64,000 bases of DNA from Torpedo marmorata (taxonomy: Eukaryota). A program made the translations under genes and the position numbers. Where the stretch lies: NCBI GenBank assembly GCA_977017645.1, contig OZ360228.1:97278001-97342000 (forward strand), read 5' to 3'. Shown piece after piece: positions 12,563 to 25,737 of this stretch; within the stretch, counting starts at the first letter, position 1, and each line of letters begins with the position of its first letter. Under the pieces are notes generated by a model. It had not been told where the DNA came from, made no database searches, and saw only the letters and a list, made by a program, of their open reading frames with translations.

Positions 12563-15500
12563 GGGGGACATCACGTGATGGCGTTGGGGTAGGATGTAGA
12601 AACCTGACCCTCCTGGGAATTGTTAAAAAAGTACCGAATAAAAAACGTTTTAAAAAATTTAAACCTTTTTAAAAAGTATCTAAATACTGGGAAAACAGTA
12701 CAAGTGCCTTTAAAAAAAGATAAATCAGCCGCAGCCTTACCTAAAGCTCCACGCAAGGAGAAGACCTGAACGGGAAGAAGGCCTCAACAGCAGGGAGCCA
12801 GCGTACAAACTGATCCCCAGGAGGATGAACCGCTGGCAGGGACCTCTGCATGCGCTACATACCTCCAACAACGGGAACATGGCGATGAGGAAAAAACCGG
12901 AAGTGGAACGCGCATGCGCGAAACGCCGGAGCTCTCAGCTGAGTCTGAAGCATCGGGAGGAGAAGAGACAGACCATTCTGATTCCGATGGTGAAGAAGAG
13001 GAGGTGGAAATTGAAGATCAACAGCAACAAGAAGAGGAAATACAAAAAGATGTGGAAGCAAAAGGTAAAGAAACAAGAAATCCAGACGTTAATAATATTA
13101 AAGGAGTTTAAAAAAATTAAGGCTGAAATTAAAGACATTAACAAAGTGGTGAAAGAGATAAAAGGAATAAGGATAAAATTGGATAAGATTGATGGAAAAG
13201 TCAAGAAAGTACAAGATGATATTGAACTTATTGATGACAGAATGGAAAAACTGGAAAATAATATTACAGCTCTAACTATGGAAAATCAGAAGCTTCAACA
13301 GAAAGTAGATATACTGGAGAATTTTAGCAGAAGAAATAATATAAAAATAGTGGGTCTCAAAGAAGAAATAGAAGATCAAGATATGATTGCTTTTATTAAA
13401 AGGTGGATACCTGAAGTTTTGGGTCAAGATAACTTTGATCAACCAATTGAAATTGAAAGAGTACATAGGGCTCTAAGAGGGAAACCACTACAAGACCAAA
13501 CCCACGTTCTGTTTTAATTAAATTTCTTCGCTGCCAAGATAGAGAGAAGGTTCTGAAGCTGGCGATGGAACAAGCAAGAAAAAGACCTGGCCCTTTGATG
13601 CATGAAGGTGCTGGAATTCTATTTTATCCTGATATAAGTGCTGACTTAATGAAGAGAAGGAAAGATTTTAATCCAGCTAAAAAGATCCTCTGGGAGAAGG
13701 GTTACAGATTTGTATTGCAACATCCAGTGACTTTGAAAATCTTTTTGCCTGAACAACCAAGCAGATTCTTTACAAGTTATGTATCGGCAGAGGATTTTGC
13801 TAAAGAACTTCCACAGGTCCAGAGGGAATGAAGAAAAATTAAAATATGAACTGTTATAACTACGTTTCATAAGGGCTATATTATCTGCATCTGTTTGTAA
13901 GCTTGATTAATTTAATAACTGATTACTTTAAAAAAAATATATAAAAAATTATATACCAGGGGGGTTGGGGAGGAGGGTGAGGTTCTGACTACTACTGGAT
14001 CATGTGTAATTTTGCGACCTTGGTCGTGAACCGTAAAATGGAGAGGGGTAGCGCTGTATATTTAAACAGCGCTAGAGGGGAAGAATTTATTTTGTTTTAT
14101 TACTGTGAAAGTGGGAAATTGTATTCTTTAACTTTATACCTATTCTTTTCTATTTGTGTGGATTGCCGGGGGAGTCATGTGTCGACACGATGGAGATCAG
14201 AGACTGAAGTAAAAGGGAGAGGGTTAGCGATCTGGGTTGGAAGAGGTAACACTAAAAAGAATGAATATGGCTATTTAAAATGAGTAACATAGTGAAATTT
14301 ATGAATTTTAATATTAATGGGATAAATGGACCAATTAAGAGGAAAAGAGTATTAGCATATATTTAAAAATTAGGTACAGACGTGGCTTTTTTTACAAGAG
14401 ACACATTTAACAGAAAAAGAACATTTGAAACTAAAAAGAGACTGGGTGGGATATGTAGCAGCTTCTTCATTTAATTCTAAGGCAAGAGGTGTGGCAATCT
14501 TCATAAAAAAGAATCTTCCAATTAAAATTCAAAATGTTGTGATGGATCCTGTAGGGAGATATGTAATGATACATTGCCAAATATATTCGGAATTTTGGAC
14601 TTTTTTGAATATATATGCTCCTAATGTGGATGATGATAAATTTATTCAAGAAACTTTTCTTAATATAGCAGAGGCACACAAAAATATTATAATAGGAGGA
14701 GACTTCAACTTTTGATTAGATCCAGTCTTAGAGAGATCTACAAGAGGAGTGAAAAGAACTAAGGCAGAAAAAGCTACGCTGGTATTAATGAAAGATTTAA
14801 ATTTAATAGATGCCTGGAGAAGAATCCATCCAAGGGAAAAAGATTATTCATTTTACTCGAGTAGACATGATTCTTATTCTAGAATTGATTTATTTTTAGT
14901 TTCAGCACAATTGCAAGATAGAATATTAGAAGCAGAATATAAAGCAAGGATTTTGTCTGACCATTCACCTTTATTAATGACAATTGCCATACCTGATAAA
15001 GAAAAATCGTTATATAGATGGAGACTGAATCCATTATTATTAAAAAGAACAGAATTTTGTGACTTTATAAGGAGGCAAATCCAGATATTTTGTGAAACGA
15101 ATTTAAACTCCGTGATTGATAAATTTGTAATATGGGAAACTTTGAAAGCATATCTAAGAGGTCAAATTATGTTATACTTCAAAAATTAAAAAGGAATATA
15201 TGAGAGAAATAGACCAATTAGAAACAGAAATAACGATTTTAGAAAAGGATTTACAAAAGAAGTTCTGAAGATAAGCGTAGACAACTAACTAATAAAAAAT
15301 GTCAATATAATGTATTACAGACTTATAGAATGGAGAAGACTATTATAAGAACTAAGCAGAGATATTATGAATTAGGTGAACGATCACATAAATACTCATG
15401 GCAATTAAAAACAGAACGGGCGTCAAGAACAATTAATGCAATTAAAAGTGATTCTAATGTTATTAGTTATAAGCCCCAAAAAAATAAATGACTCTTTCAA

Positions 15501-18458
15501 ATTTTTTTATTCTAAATTATACAAAACTGAGTCTTTGCAAGACGATAGTAAAATTGATGGATATTTATTATAGATAAATCTACCGATTAAATATGCAAGA
15601 ACAGCTAGAATTGAGTACCCAGCTTACACAGAAAGAAGTGAAAGATGCAATGAGCTCATTACAAAGCAACAAAGCTCCGGGAGAAGATAGTTTTCCACCA
15701 GAGTTTTATAAAGAGTTTAAAGAACTATTAATTCCTGTCTTTATGGATATGTTACAACAGTCATCAGTAACTCATACCCTCCCGGAATCTTTTTCAACAG
15801 CAATAATTACAGTAATACCAAAGAAAGATAGAGATCTATTGAAACCCTCGTCCTATAGACCAATTTCATTATTAAATGCAGATTATAAAATTGTAGTTAA
15901 AATTTTGGCTAATATGATAACTAAATTATTACCTAAATTAGTAAACATGGATCAGACAGGTTTTAAAAAAAAAGACAAGCAGCTGACAATGTAGCAAGAT
16001 TACTTAGTATTATTCATCTAGCTCAAAAAAGGAAAGTATTAAGTGTTGCGGTGGCTTTAGATGCAGAAAAAGCATTTGATAGATTGGAGTGGGATTTTTT
16101 GTTTAAAGTATTGGAGAAATTTGGAGTTGGACAGACCTTTATAAACTGGATTAAAGCATTATATAATGCTTCAAAAGCTAAAGTAGTGACTAATGGACAA
16201 ATATCAACTCCGTTCTGTTTGACAAGGTCTAGTAGACAAGGATGCCCATTGTCTCCAGCTTTATTTATATTAGCTATAGAACCACTTGCAGAGGCAATTA
16301 GAAGTGACTCGGAAATCAAGGGATTTAGAGTTGGCCAAGAACAACATAAAATTAGTCTATTTGCGGATGATGTTTTAATATATTTGACAGAACCTGAGAC
16401 CTCTTAACAAAGATTACATTTTAAATTGGAAGAATATGGAAAAATCTCAGGTTATAAGATAAATTGGGACAAAAGTGAAATTATGCCCCTTACAGAAGGA
16501 GACTATACTTCATGTAAAATAAATACTCAGTTTAAGTGGCCACATAATGGGATAAAATATTTAGGAATTTGAACAGAGAATAATTAAAAAAATTTACACG
16601 AACTGAATTATTTACCATTACTTAAAAAGGTTAAAGAAGATTTGGAAAAATGGATGAGTCTACCTATAACATTGATAGGAAGAGTTAATTGTATTAAAAT
16701 GAATATATTTCCAAGAATACAATATTTATATCAAACCATACCTATTTTATTACCACAAAGGTTTTTTTAAGAGTTAAATAAACAAGTGAGAAAATTCCTT
16801 TGGAGAGGTAAATTGTCAAGAGTTTCCATAGAATGTTTAACATAGAAATATGAGTTAGGAGGTTTACAGCTCCCTAACTTTAAAAATTATTACCGAGTGA
16901 CACAATGAGATTTCTTACTACTTTTTTGAAAGTGAGGAAAAACCTGCATGGGTTAAAATAGAATTAGGAAAAATAGGAGAGAGAGTAGCAGAAGAATTTA
17001 TATATAAATGGAACTCAAAATTATTAGTAGGAGTTAAAGAAACACCATTATTGAAAAACTTGATCAAAGCCTGGAACAAGATTAATGATGAGATAGGGAC
17101 AAAAGGGACTATATCTCCTAAAACGCAGATACAGAACAATCTTCTACCTTTTATAAAAGATCATCAACTTTTAAATATATGGTTACAGAAAGGAATTAAG
17201 AAGATAGAATATTGTTATGAAGGAGGTCAACTGATTTCGTTTGTACAATTAAGAAATAAATATGGAATACCGAATAATACTCTTTTTTGTTATTTTAAAT
17301 TAAGAGGATATTTAAGGGAAAAACTAGGTTCAGACATGTTGTTACAAAATTGTAGTGAAGTGGAAACTCTTATTAGGAAAGGAAATACTAGAAAATTTAC
17401 TTCTATAATATACTCTGTTACAAAGAGGAGCTTTCAAACAAGGACTTCATAAATCTAGACAGAGATGGGAACAAGATCTTAATGTGACAATTGATGAAAA
17501 AAGATGGTCGGATTTATGTCAAGATAGCATGACCAATACTATTAATGTAAGATATAGATTAGTTCAGTATAACTTTTTACACCAATTATATCTTACACCG
17601 CAAAAGTTGAATAAAATGAAATCTGCATTATCAAATAAGTGTTTTAGATGTGGTGAAGATGTGGGAACTTTTTTACGTTCTACTTGGTCATGCTCTAAGG
17701 TAAGACCCTTCTGGATGGAATTAGGGAATTTGTTAAAGCAAATCACTGGTATTACACTCCCACAAAACCCTGATTTATTTTTATTAGGGAATGTTGAAGG
17801 AACTAGACCAAAATTGAAGTTATAATATATCAATTGAAATTTGTTAAAATTGATCTAGCGGTAGCGAGGAAGTGTATAGCAATAACTTGGAAATCAGATA
17901 CAAGTTAGGTATGGAAAGATGGAATACAGAAATACAGAGTTGGATTCCATTGTAAAATATAACATATAATATGAGAAATAAATATGGGGTATTTTTGCAA
18001 ATTTGGCGTCCATATATCCAGACATTAGGTATAAATATTTAAATGTGTTATTCAAAATCCTAGACCTTATGCTAGCTCTCTCAAATTTAAATTTAAATAA
18101 TAAAAACGCTGTTGAAAACCTTGCGTCGAACTGTGGATTCCGGGGCGATCCATATAGATGTCTTTTATAAGTAATATTATGTTACTTTTGTTTTTTCTTT
18201 TTCCTTCTTTCTTTTGTATATTTTAGGAAGGGGAGGGAATTTAAGGGGACGGAATGGGTCGAGGGTGGGATTAGAAATACTAAGCAAAAATTTTAATTTA
18301 AACTGTTGAAAAATGTTATAAGGATTTGGGAGGATAAGGGAAGGGGTAGTATACACTGTAATGAAATATTATAAAAGATTTTTTGAAGTTAATAATCTAT
18401 ACTATTCTTGTATGTATTACTGTGTAAAAATTTAAAATAAAATAGTCAACAAAAAAAA
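12563..18458 (+). mobile_element. Full-length (about 5.9 kb) decayed L1-clade LINE inserted in the Gypsy A gag
   Basis: GGGGG start; ORF1 (LENFSRRNNIKIVGL, IERVHR, FYPDIS) about 12700-13831; ORF2 from ATG 14280 to about 18042 with EN, RT (FADD) and CCHC region, disrupted; AATAAA 18436; poly(A); TSD aattgagagaattg at 12547-12560 and 18457-18470. Confidence 0.93.
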
Positions 18459-20926
18459 TTGAGAGAATTGTTACTAATTGAGGAGATAAAAAAGGTGTGT
18501 TCCTGAGGATATTAAGGCATACATAGATGAAAAGGAGGTGCAACCGTGGCAAACATCAGCTAAATTAGCAGATGAATATGCTTTCACCCACAAGCCTAAG
18601 TGGACGTCAGGCAGAATTTTCCAAAAGGGCACTGTCGATAATCCCAAGCAAGTGGAAAGTAAATTTGGAAGTGGTGTTAAGGAAAGAGATGAAGGAAAGT
18701 GGAAAAGGGAAAACCCTTCGGGTCCCATTTGCCACTACTGTAGGAAGGCTGGTCATATGCTAGCAAGCTGTCCAAGTGTTGAAAAAGAAGAGAGAAAAGG
18801 ATGCAACACTAATGCTTGTATTCAGAGTGAGAAGAGGCATAACACCCAGGAAGGAGACAAATGTACTTACAAAGTTAGGGATGTATTTAAACCTTTTGTG
18901 ACTGATGGTTTTGTTTCAGTTAAGGCAGGATCAAAGCAAGTTCCAGTGAAAATCTTGCGAGATACTGGAGCTGCTCACTCACTTGTGTTAGATAATGTCT
19001 TGGAATTTTGTGAAGCCACTGACAACGGTGAAATGAATTTAATTAAAGGAATTGGGGGTGATGTTGAGTCCATTCCTTTGCACAAAATAGTGTTGAACTC
19101 AGACTTGGTGGAAGGACCTGTTATAATAGGAGTGAGATCAGAGTTGCCAGTAGAAGGAGTCTCACTGTTGCTAGGCAATGACTTGGCTGAGGGTAAAGTA
19201 GTTCCTGCAGTGCGAATGACCACTAAGCCAGTCATTGATAAGTCAGAGAAGGACTCTGATACTTATCTGACATGTGCCATAACCAGGGCCATGTCTAAGA
19301 AAAATGTCACTGTTGAGAAGGCAGTGGAAAATAAATTGGTGAAAGAAAAGGTCGATGATAATCAAAAACACCTGGAAAAGTTTGAAAAATTTCCTGTGTT
19401 AGACACATACACTAATAAGACACCTAAAGGCACAGATTTGTCACTATCCCGACAGGAGCTAATAGCAAGGCAAAAGTAGGATCCTGATCTTGCTGAGGTG
19501 AGGGATAAGGTTCATTCTGAAGAGGAGATTAAGAAGGTGCCAGTGGGTTATTATGAACAAGATGGGGAGTTGATGAGAAAGTGGAGACCATGTGATGTTA
19601 CCTGCCAGTGAAGAATGGGCAGTAGTGCAGCAGGTTGTGATCCCTAAAGTATATAGGTCCTTTAAGGTTATTAAAAGAACAGTGGACTAATAGTGATGTG
19701 CATTTAAATCTGTTAGATTATATTTCCAAATTTAAGGATCAATTGCATAAAGCGTGTGAGATGGCAAAGGAGACTTTAAAGGCCACTCAACACAGAATGA
19801 AGGTTTGGTATGATCGAAAGGCCAAGATGAGAACTTTCAAACCTGGTGAGAACGTATTAGTTCTGTTTCCCACACATTCAAATCCTCTTAGGGCTAGATT
19901 TTCAGGACCCTATAGAGTTAAATCAAAAATTAATGAGGTCACCTATGTTATAGAAACACCTAATCACAGATGAGACACACAGGTCTGTCATGTGAATATG
20001 ATTAAGCCATATTTTGAACAGGTGCCGCACAAAGAGACTGAACATTTACCAGAGGTGCTAGTTATCGACCGGGGTAAAGAGGAGACAGATAAAACCAGTT
20101 TCAGAGAGGGTCATGGGACTGTTATTTATCCGGGTTATCTAGTAGGACAGGGGCAGGTGGCGCCAGTAGAGGCAAAGGTTGTGACTATTTCCGAGTTCCC
20201 TGTTCCAACTGGTAAGAAAACTCTGAGGAGATTCCTGGGAATGATTGGCTACTACCGCAAGTTCTGTAAATACTTTGCAGATCTTGCACTCCCTCTCACA
20301 AATTTGCTTAGAAAGGGAGAAAAATTTGTATGGTCGACAGGTTGTCAGGAAGCATTTGTCAAATTGAAAGCCATTTTATGCCACCAACCTGTGCTTGTCA
20401 CCTGATTTAGAACAGCCATTTTCTTTAGCCGTGGATGCCAGCGATGAAGCTGTAGGCGTGGTGTTGTTACAGAGGGAGAATGAAGAGGACATTGACCATC
20501 CGGTATTCTACTTCTCAAAGAAGTTCAATGATCATCAAAGGAATTATTCAACCATAGAAAAAGAGTTGTTAGCTCTTGTGTTGGCTCTACAACACTTTGA
20601 TGTGTATATCTGTACAGCTCAAAAACCACACATAGTGTACACTGACCATACTCCATTGGTTTTTCTTTGTAAAATGAAAAATAAGAATCGACGGTTGTTG
20701 AATTGGAGTCTAATTTTGCAAGAATATGATTTAATAATAACACATATAAAACGGAAAGATAATGTAATCACTGATTGTTTTTCTGGATGCTAAACTTTAT
20801 AAATGAAAATAATTCATATTTTTGTGTTTGTGGATGAACATTGTGGGTTTTCTTTATATTGTGACATGTCAATTAATTTCCAAAATTTTGTTCTTGCAGA
20901 CCAAATTGTTCTTTGTGGGTGGGAGG

Positions 20927-21291
20927 TGTTATGGACCATGACTGACCATTTGGACTACGGACGGTCAGCAGGAAGGATGAAGTCTTTTGGAGTACACACT
21001 GGGATCAGGTACTGAAAGAGTTAACTTGCCCAGGACACAGAGAGAGAGACAGGCTGTGGAAAGATACTTTGTTGCACTTTTGCAAAAGCAGGTGAAAAAT
21101 TCTGCAAAAAGCATTCAGTCTGGAGTTGCAAGAGGCTGGAACAACACAGCCATATCCAGGCTTGTGCATCCCAGGGGAAATGGCTGGGAGAATAGCACAT
21201 GGCCTCCTGTATCAGCAAAATCCTGAGTAAAAACAACTTTCGTGGAGAACAGGCGTGAGATCAGCGAGACAGGCTATGAGATCCAAGTATA
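20927..21291 (+). repeat. Truncated 3' LTR of Gypsy A
   Basis: TGTTATGGACC after the polypurine tract; similarity to the 5' LTR stops at about 21291. Confidence 0.9.
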
Positions 21292-21292
21292 C

Positions 21293-22340
21293 ATAAATTT
21301 CAAATGTATCAAGTACAGAATACATTATGCCCCTTAACCCTCCCTTCCCCACCCAAAAAAAATAAAACCAAGACAGAAGAGAAAGAAAAAGAAAAAGAAA
21401 AGGAAACTAAACGTACCTCAGGGGTTTGATTACAACTGAGCACCAATGTGCTCCAAGTACGGTTGCCACACTTTAACAAAGTTATTATATTTATTTCTAA
21501 GACTATATGTATTTTTTTCCATGGGGATACAGCTGTACATTTCTGTAGACGATCGAGTGATGAGATGGGGTGAGTCGGACTTCCAAATAACTGCAATGCA
21601 TTTTTTTGCTAAGGACAGAGCAACTTTTACAAATTGAATTTGGAATTTAGATAATCTGTTGCTTATGTCCATGTGGTTTCCTAAGATAAAACTCCGGGTC
21701 TAGTGGAAAGGCTACTCCCTTAATCCTAGTTAGTACGTTAGCTAAATCATGCCAAAAGGGCCTTACCTTTGCACATGACCAGGTAGAGTGTAAAAAGGAT
21801 CCAATTTCTATCCCACACCTGAAACACAGTTCTGATATCTCTGGTTTTGACTTGTGTAGTTTTTGTGGTGTGAGATACAATTGGTGTAGGAAATTATATT
21901 GAACCAGATTATATCTGGCATTAATGACTGCTGTCATGCTATCCAAACACCAGTCTGACCAGCATCGTTCGTGAATTGTTGTTCCCAAGTCCGACTCCCA
22001 CCTCTCTCTCGATCTTTGTAGGCCCGGCTTAGGGCTTTCGCTTTGGAGTACGAAATACATTCTAGATATGAATTTAGGTGCATTTCCTAATCGATGCAAC
22101 TTTTCCATTTCATTACACCTAGGTGAGGTCATTGTAGGACCCCATCTATCCCTCAAGAAGGACCTCAGTTGAAGAAAACAGTAGACGGTTCCATTAGACA
22201 AATCATATTTACTCTTCAATTACTCAAAAGACATAAGTTTTCCTTTCTTGTACCAGTCTTCAATATATCGGAGTCCCTTCTGGTGCCAAATGTTTAAAAT
22301 TTTGTTACCCAAAGCCATGGGTATAGTTTCGTTTTGGATC
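21293..22340 (-). mobile_element. L1-clade LINE 3' fragment
   Basis: QYNFLHQLYLTP, CFRC...HSTWSC and AKKCIAVIWK motifs. Confidence 0.88.
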
Positions 22341-22633
22341 AAAGGTGATTTTTCTGGATAATTGTGATACAAAATGCATTTCTCTTTCACAAAATTACAA
22401 TGTTCACCACAGGGATTAGATTGGAAAAATTGTAAATGATATAATTGGGCTGCCTTAAATTATCTATTGATGAAATATTGTGTGGCATGATTCCAAAACA
22501 GAAAAATGTCATTTATGTCAGGTCCATTACCTGTCAGAGACAGCATGTCTGAGTCAGTAGGTACAATCTTCAGCTCACCACTCTCAGGAAAGTGCAGACC
22601 CACATTTACATTTTACAGGGGATCCAATGTATA

Positions 22634-23415
22634 CAGGTCGAGTACCCCATATCCGAAGTTCCGAAAATATCCAAAAACCAAACTTTTTTTAGCACCGACA
22701 TGGTGTCACAAGTTGAAAAAAATTCACCACCTGACTTGCCCATGTGGGGCTCTGACGGTGCCAGTTTGGTAACAACAGACCTCTATGGTACAAAACAAAA
22801 TCTTTGCTTCTGGCCGGGAAGATGCCAAATGGAGCTGGGTCCAAGTCTTCAGCATCAGCTGCAGCCGGAATCAACGACGGTGACTCCATTCTCAACATCG
22901 GGTGCGGTGCCGTCCGCATCGAAGAAGTTGCTTTGGGCTCCCGGGCAGGAGCGGGGACCGTAGTCGGTGTCCGGCGGCGGCGGTTGGGAGGTGTCGGGAC
23001 CGGCGGCGGCAGTGTGGATGTGTCAAGGACCGGCAGCGGAGGTGTCAAGACCAGCAGCGGCAGTGGTAGGGAGGTGTTGGGACCGGAGGCATCGGTGGGG
23101 AGGTGTTGGGACCGGCAGCAGAAACATTTGAAAAGGCCATCGAGGAGAATTTCTAGTGTTTGGTGCTGCATTTATCTTCTTTTGTAAGCAGAGATCGTTT
23201 TTGTTTGGTAAGTACTCAACATTATTTCATGTGAAGTTTCCATTTGTGGCATCATGTCGGCGCTCAAAAAGCCTGCCGTTGTTTGTTGTTTAACCGCTGA
23301 TACAGGTATTCTGCTGATGCTACTGTGCTGCTTAGTTCCATTGTTCCGAAAACCGAAAAAAAACACCCCAAAAACGTCTGGTCCCAAGCGTTTCGGATAT
23401 AGGGTACTCGACATG
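22634..23415. mobile_element. Tigger/pogo-type MITE (Tigger4/MER46-like TIRs) with a GC-rich interior
   Basis: TA-CAGGTCGAGTACCCCATATCCGAA...TTCGGATATAGGGTACTCGACATG-TA. Confidence 0.8.
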
Positions 23416-24503
23416 TAGTAGCAGGAAAATTCTTTGGTTTCCGCGAACTATTTTAAAGTATCATCAATGTCTCGCTTGTCTGTCGTTTAATTTTTAGAAT
23501 GTTTATTAAATTACAATACTGTTTGGTGTTTTAGATCTAGTAGCATTTGTCTAGTGTTGCAGGAGTGTTGGGTGTCCACTTTAAAGCTCTGGTGACCATT
23601 TTCGAGAGTTCAGTATGATAATCCAGTATGAACAAGTCCTACAGAGCAGAATAAGGAAAGGAATGTTCAAAAGAACCCTCAGCCAAGAGACCATACTTAC
23701 CAAAGATTTTCAGAGATCAATTCTTTTTCAAGTACTGTAGTAATAGACAATGCAAAAAGATCCAATTTAATAAGAAAATTACAACAGAAATGCATCACAT
23801 GTTGCAGCCACAGAAGTGCACAACCATAATCATAAAACCAACTTTAATGTTTCTGCCTCTTTTCAAGAAACATTTAGAATATTGTGTAACTTGGAGCAAA
23901 CTATTGCCTTTTGGAATTCACCAATGCATTTTGCCTCTGGTCAGCAGAATTTATCTCCTGTTGCTTGGCAGTGAACAGCAAGCAGCAGAGCATGTAGATT
24001 TGTAAATACTCAAGACTCCTGATAATACAAAAAACATTATTAGTAATTCACACTTTGATAGTGCTGGATGTGATCATTCTGCATTTGTTACTTGAGTTGT
24101 CCATTCTTGAGCTTCAACTCCAAATGGAAGAGTGGCTAATTTCAACAGACCATGAATGGTTAATTTCAACAGACTACCTTCACTAGTGATTGCAGTTGGG
24201 GTATAATGTTATCTTTGCTCTGCTGAACCACCACTTACCCATGCTTGTTTAGCCCGTTACAGAAACTAAGGTGAAAAGAGCCAAGACAGTTGGTGAAGCA
24301 AGAGCTGGAGGAGACCCTTTTCTGGTTGATCAGAAGACAAATCATACCACACTTTCAGTGAAGACAACAGTAATTTCTTATACCTCAAGACTTCCCAGTG
24401 TGGCTTTCTGAATGGAGATTTGAGTTCGAGGAAGTGAGAGGATTAGGTCTGAATATATAGTCAATGGTCTCACGTCTGCTGTTGGTCTTGGATTTGCCCA
24501 TAA

Positions 24504-25096
24504 CACTGGACAACAAATTTTTTCATAAGGTTTGTTTCCTGAAAGAAAAACTGGGGATGACGATAGAAAACTTCAAGGTGAACACAAAAGATTATTTTAC
24601 ATTTGCTGTATCACGTTGGAGGTTGGAGAAACATTAAATTAACTTTTATTGAATTCAGCATGTCTAATCACATAATGATGCTGACACATTGTTAGTTCAA
24701 CTGACCTAAAAATGTTTTGCTGCTGATTTTTGTTTGTACTCAGCATCTGATGCCTCTCGTGTCAGTGTCCAACCATAGTCAGCCAGCATTGATGGATTCC
24801 AGTTACCCTGATACCACTTTTCCATGGTCACAATGTCCTGGTGAAACCTTTCACCATGTTCGTCACTGACTGCACCAAGATCAGCAGGGAAGAAGTCCAA
24901 GTGCGACTGCAGAAAATGAATTTTCAATGACATGTTGCACTTCATGGCTTTGTATGCTTGAAGCATGTTAAAAATATGACAGGAAATCACAAAAATAGGT
25001 TATATCTAAAAAACGGTATGTGATAGGAAAATTATAAGGTGATTTTCTTGACCAGCAGCCCAAAATCCATAAAATACACCCAAAAGTGTTCAGGAA
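24504..25096 (-). mobile_element. Chapaev3-like DNA transposon remnant with transposase C-terminus
   Basis: TAA-CACTGGACAACAAA TIR; ORF 24706-24990 contains MSLKIHFLQSHLDFFPADLGAVSDEHGERFHQD; right TIR lost beyond the SINE. Confidence 0.7.
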
Positions 25097-25371
25097 GGGG
25101 CGGCACGGTTGGCATAGCGGTTAGCGCAACGCCTTTACAGCGCCAGCAATCGGGACCGAACCGGGGTTCGAATCCCGCGCTGTCTGTAAGGAGTTTGTAC
25201 GTTCTCCCCGTGTCTGCATGGGTTTTCTCCGGGGGCTCCGGTTTCCTCCCACCATTCAAAAACGTACCGGGGGTGTAGGTTAATGGGGTGTAAATTGGGC
25301 GGCACGGACTCGTGGGCCGAAATGGCCTGTTACCGTGATGTATGTCTAAATTTTTAAAAAAAATTAAATTT
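25097..25371 (+). mobile_element. tRNA-derived V-SINE
   Basis: A/B-box head (tagcggttagcg; ggttcgaatccc), V-domain gttctccccgtgtctgcatgggttttctccggg, A-rich tail. Confidence 0.88.
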
Positions 25372-25495
25372 AAGAAGCAAACAGTAGCCACAGTACATCT
25401 CCCCTTTAAGAAGGTCAAATCCATGGAAAGTATCCCAACTGGAATCATCACAGTGTGGTATGGGAGCTGCACTGCCCAAGATCTGAAGAAGCTTG

Positions 25496-25737
25496 GGGTG
25501 GCATGGTTGGCTTAGCAGTTAGCGCAATACTATTACAGCGCCAGTGACCTGGGATCAAATCCAGCGCTGTCTGTGACAAGTTTGTATGTTCTCCCCAGTG
25601 TCTGTGTGGGTTTTCCTCCAGTTTACTCCCACCCTTTAAAAACATATGGGGGTTGTAGGTTAATTGGGGTATTTGGGCAGCACGGGCTCGTGGGCCGGAA
25701 GGACCTGTTACTGTGCTGTATGTCTAAATTTAAAAAG
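25496..25737 (+). mobile_element. Second, older V-SINE copy
   Basis: Collinear with 25097-25371 but more diverged. Confidence 0.8.

Larger units (their letters stand above)
8083..21291 (+). mobile_element. Gmr1-type Gypsy LTR retrotransposon A (defective), with nested Penelope and L1 insertions
   Basis: 5' LTR TGTTA...TAACA 8083-8939; PBS 8943-8960; gag with SCAN-like domain and CCHC knuckle; protease LRDTGA; IN mostly deleted; RT thumb and RNase H; PPT 20915-20926; 3' LTR from 20927, truncated at about 21291. Confidence 0.92.

Noticed and set aside
22592-23187. Pro/Gly-rich ORFs of 123-160 aa on both strands
   Set aside because: Low-complexity GC-rich interior of a MITE
23420-24500. Repeat-free stretch that could hide exons
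   Set aside because: No convincing ORF, splice pair or recognisable homology by eye
25097-25180. tRNA-like sequence with A and B boxes
   Set aside because: It is the head of a V-SINE and continues into the SINE core; no complete cloverleaf
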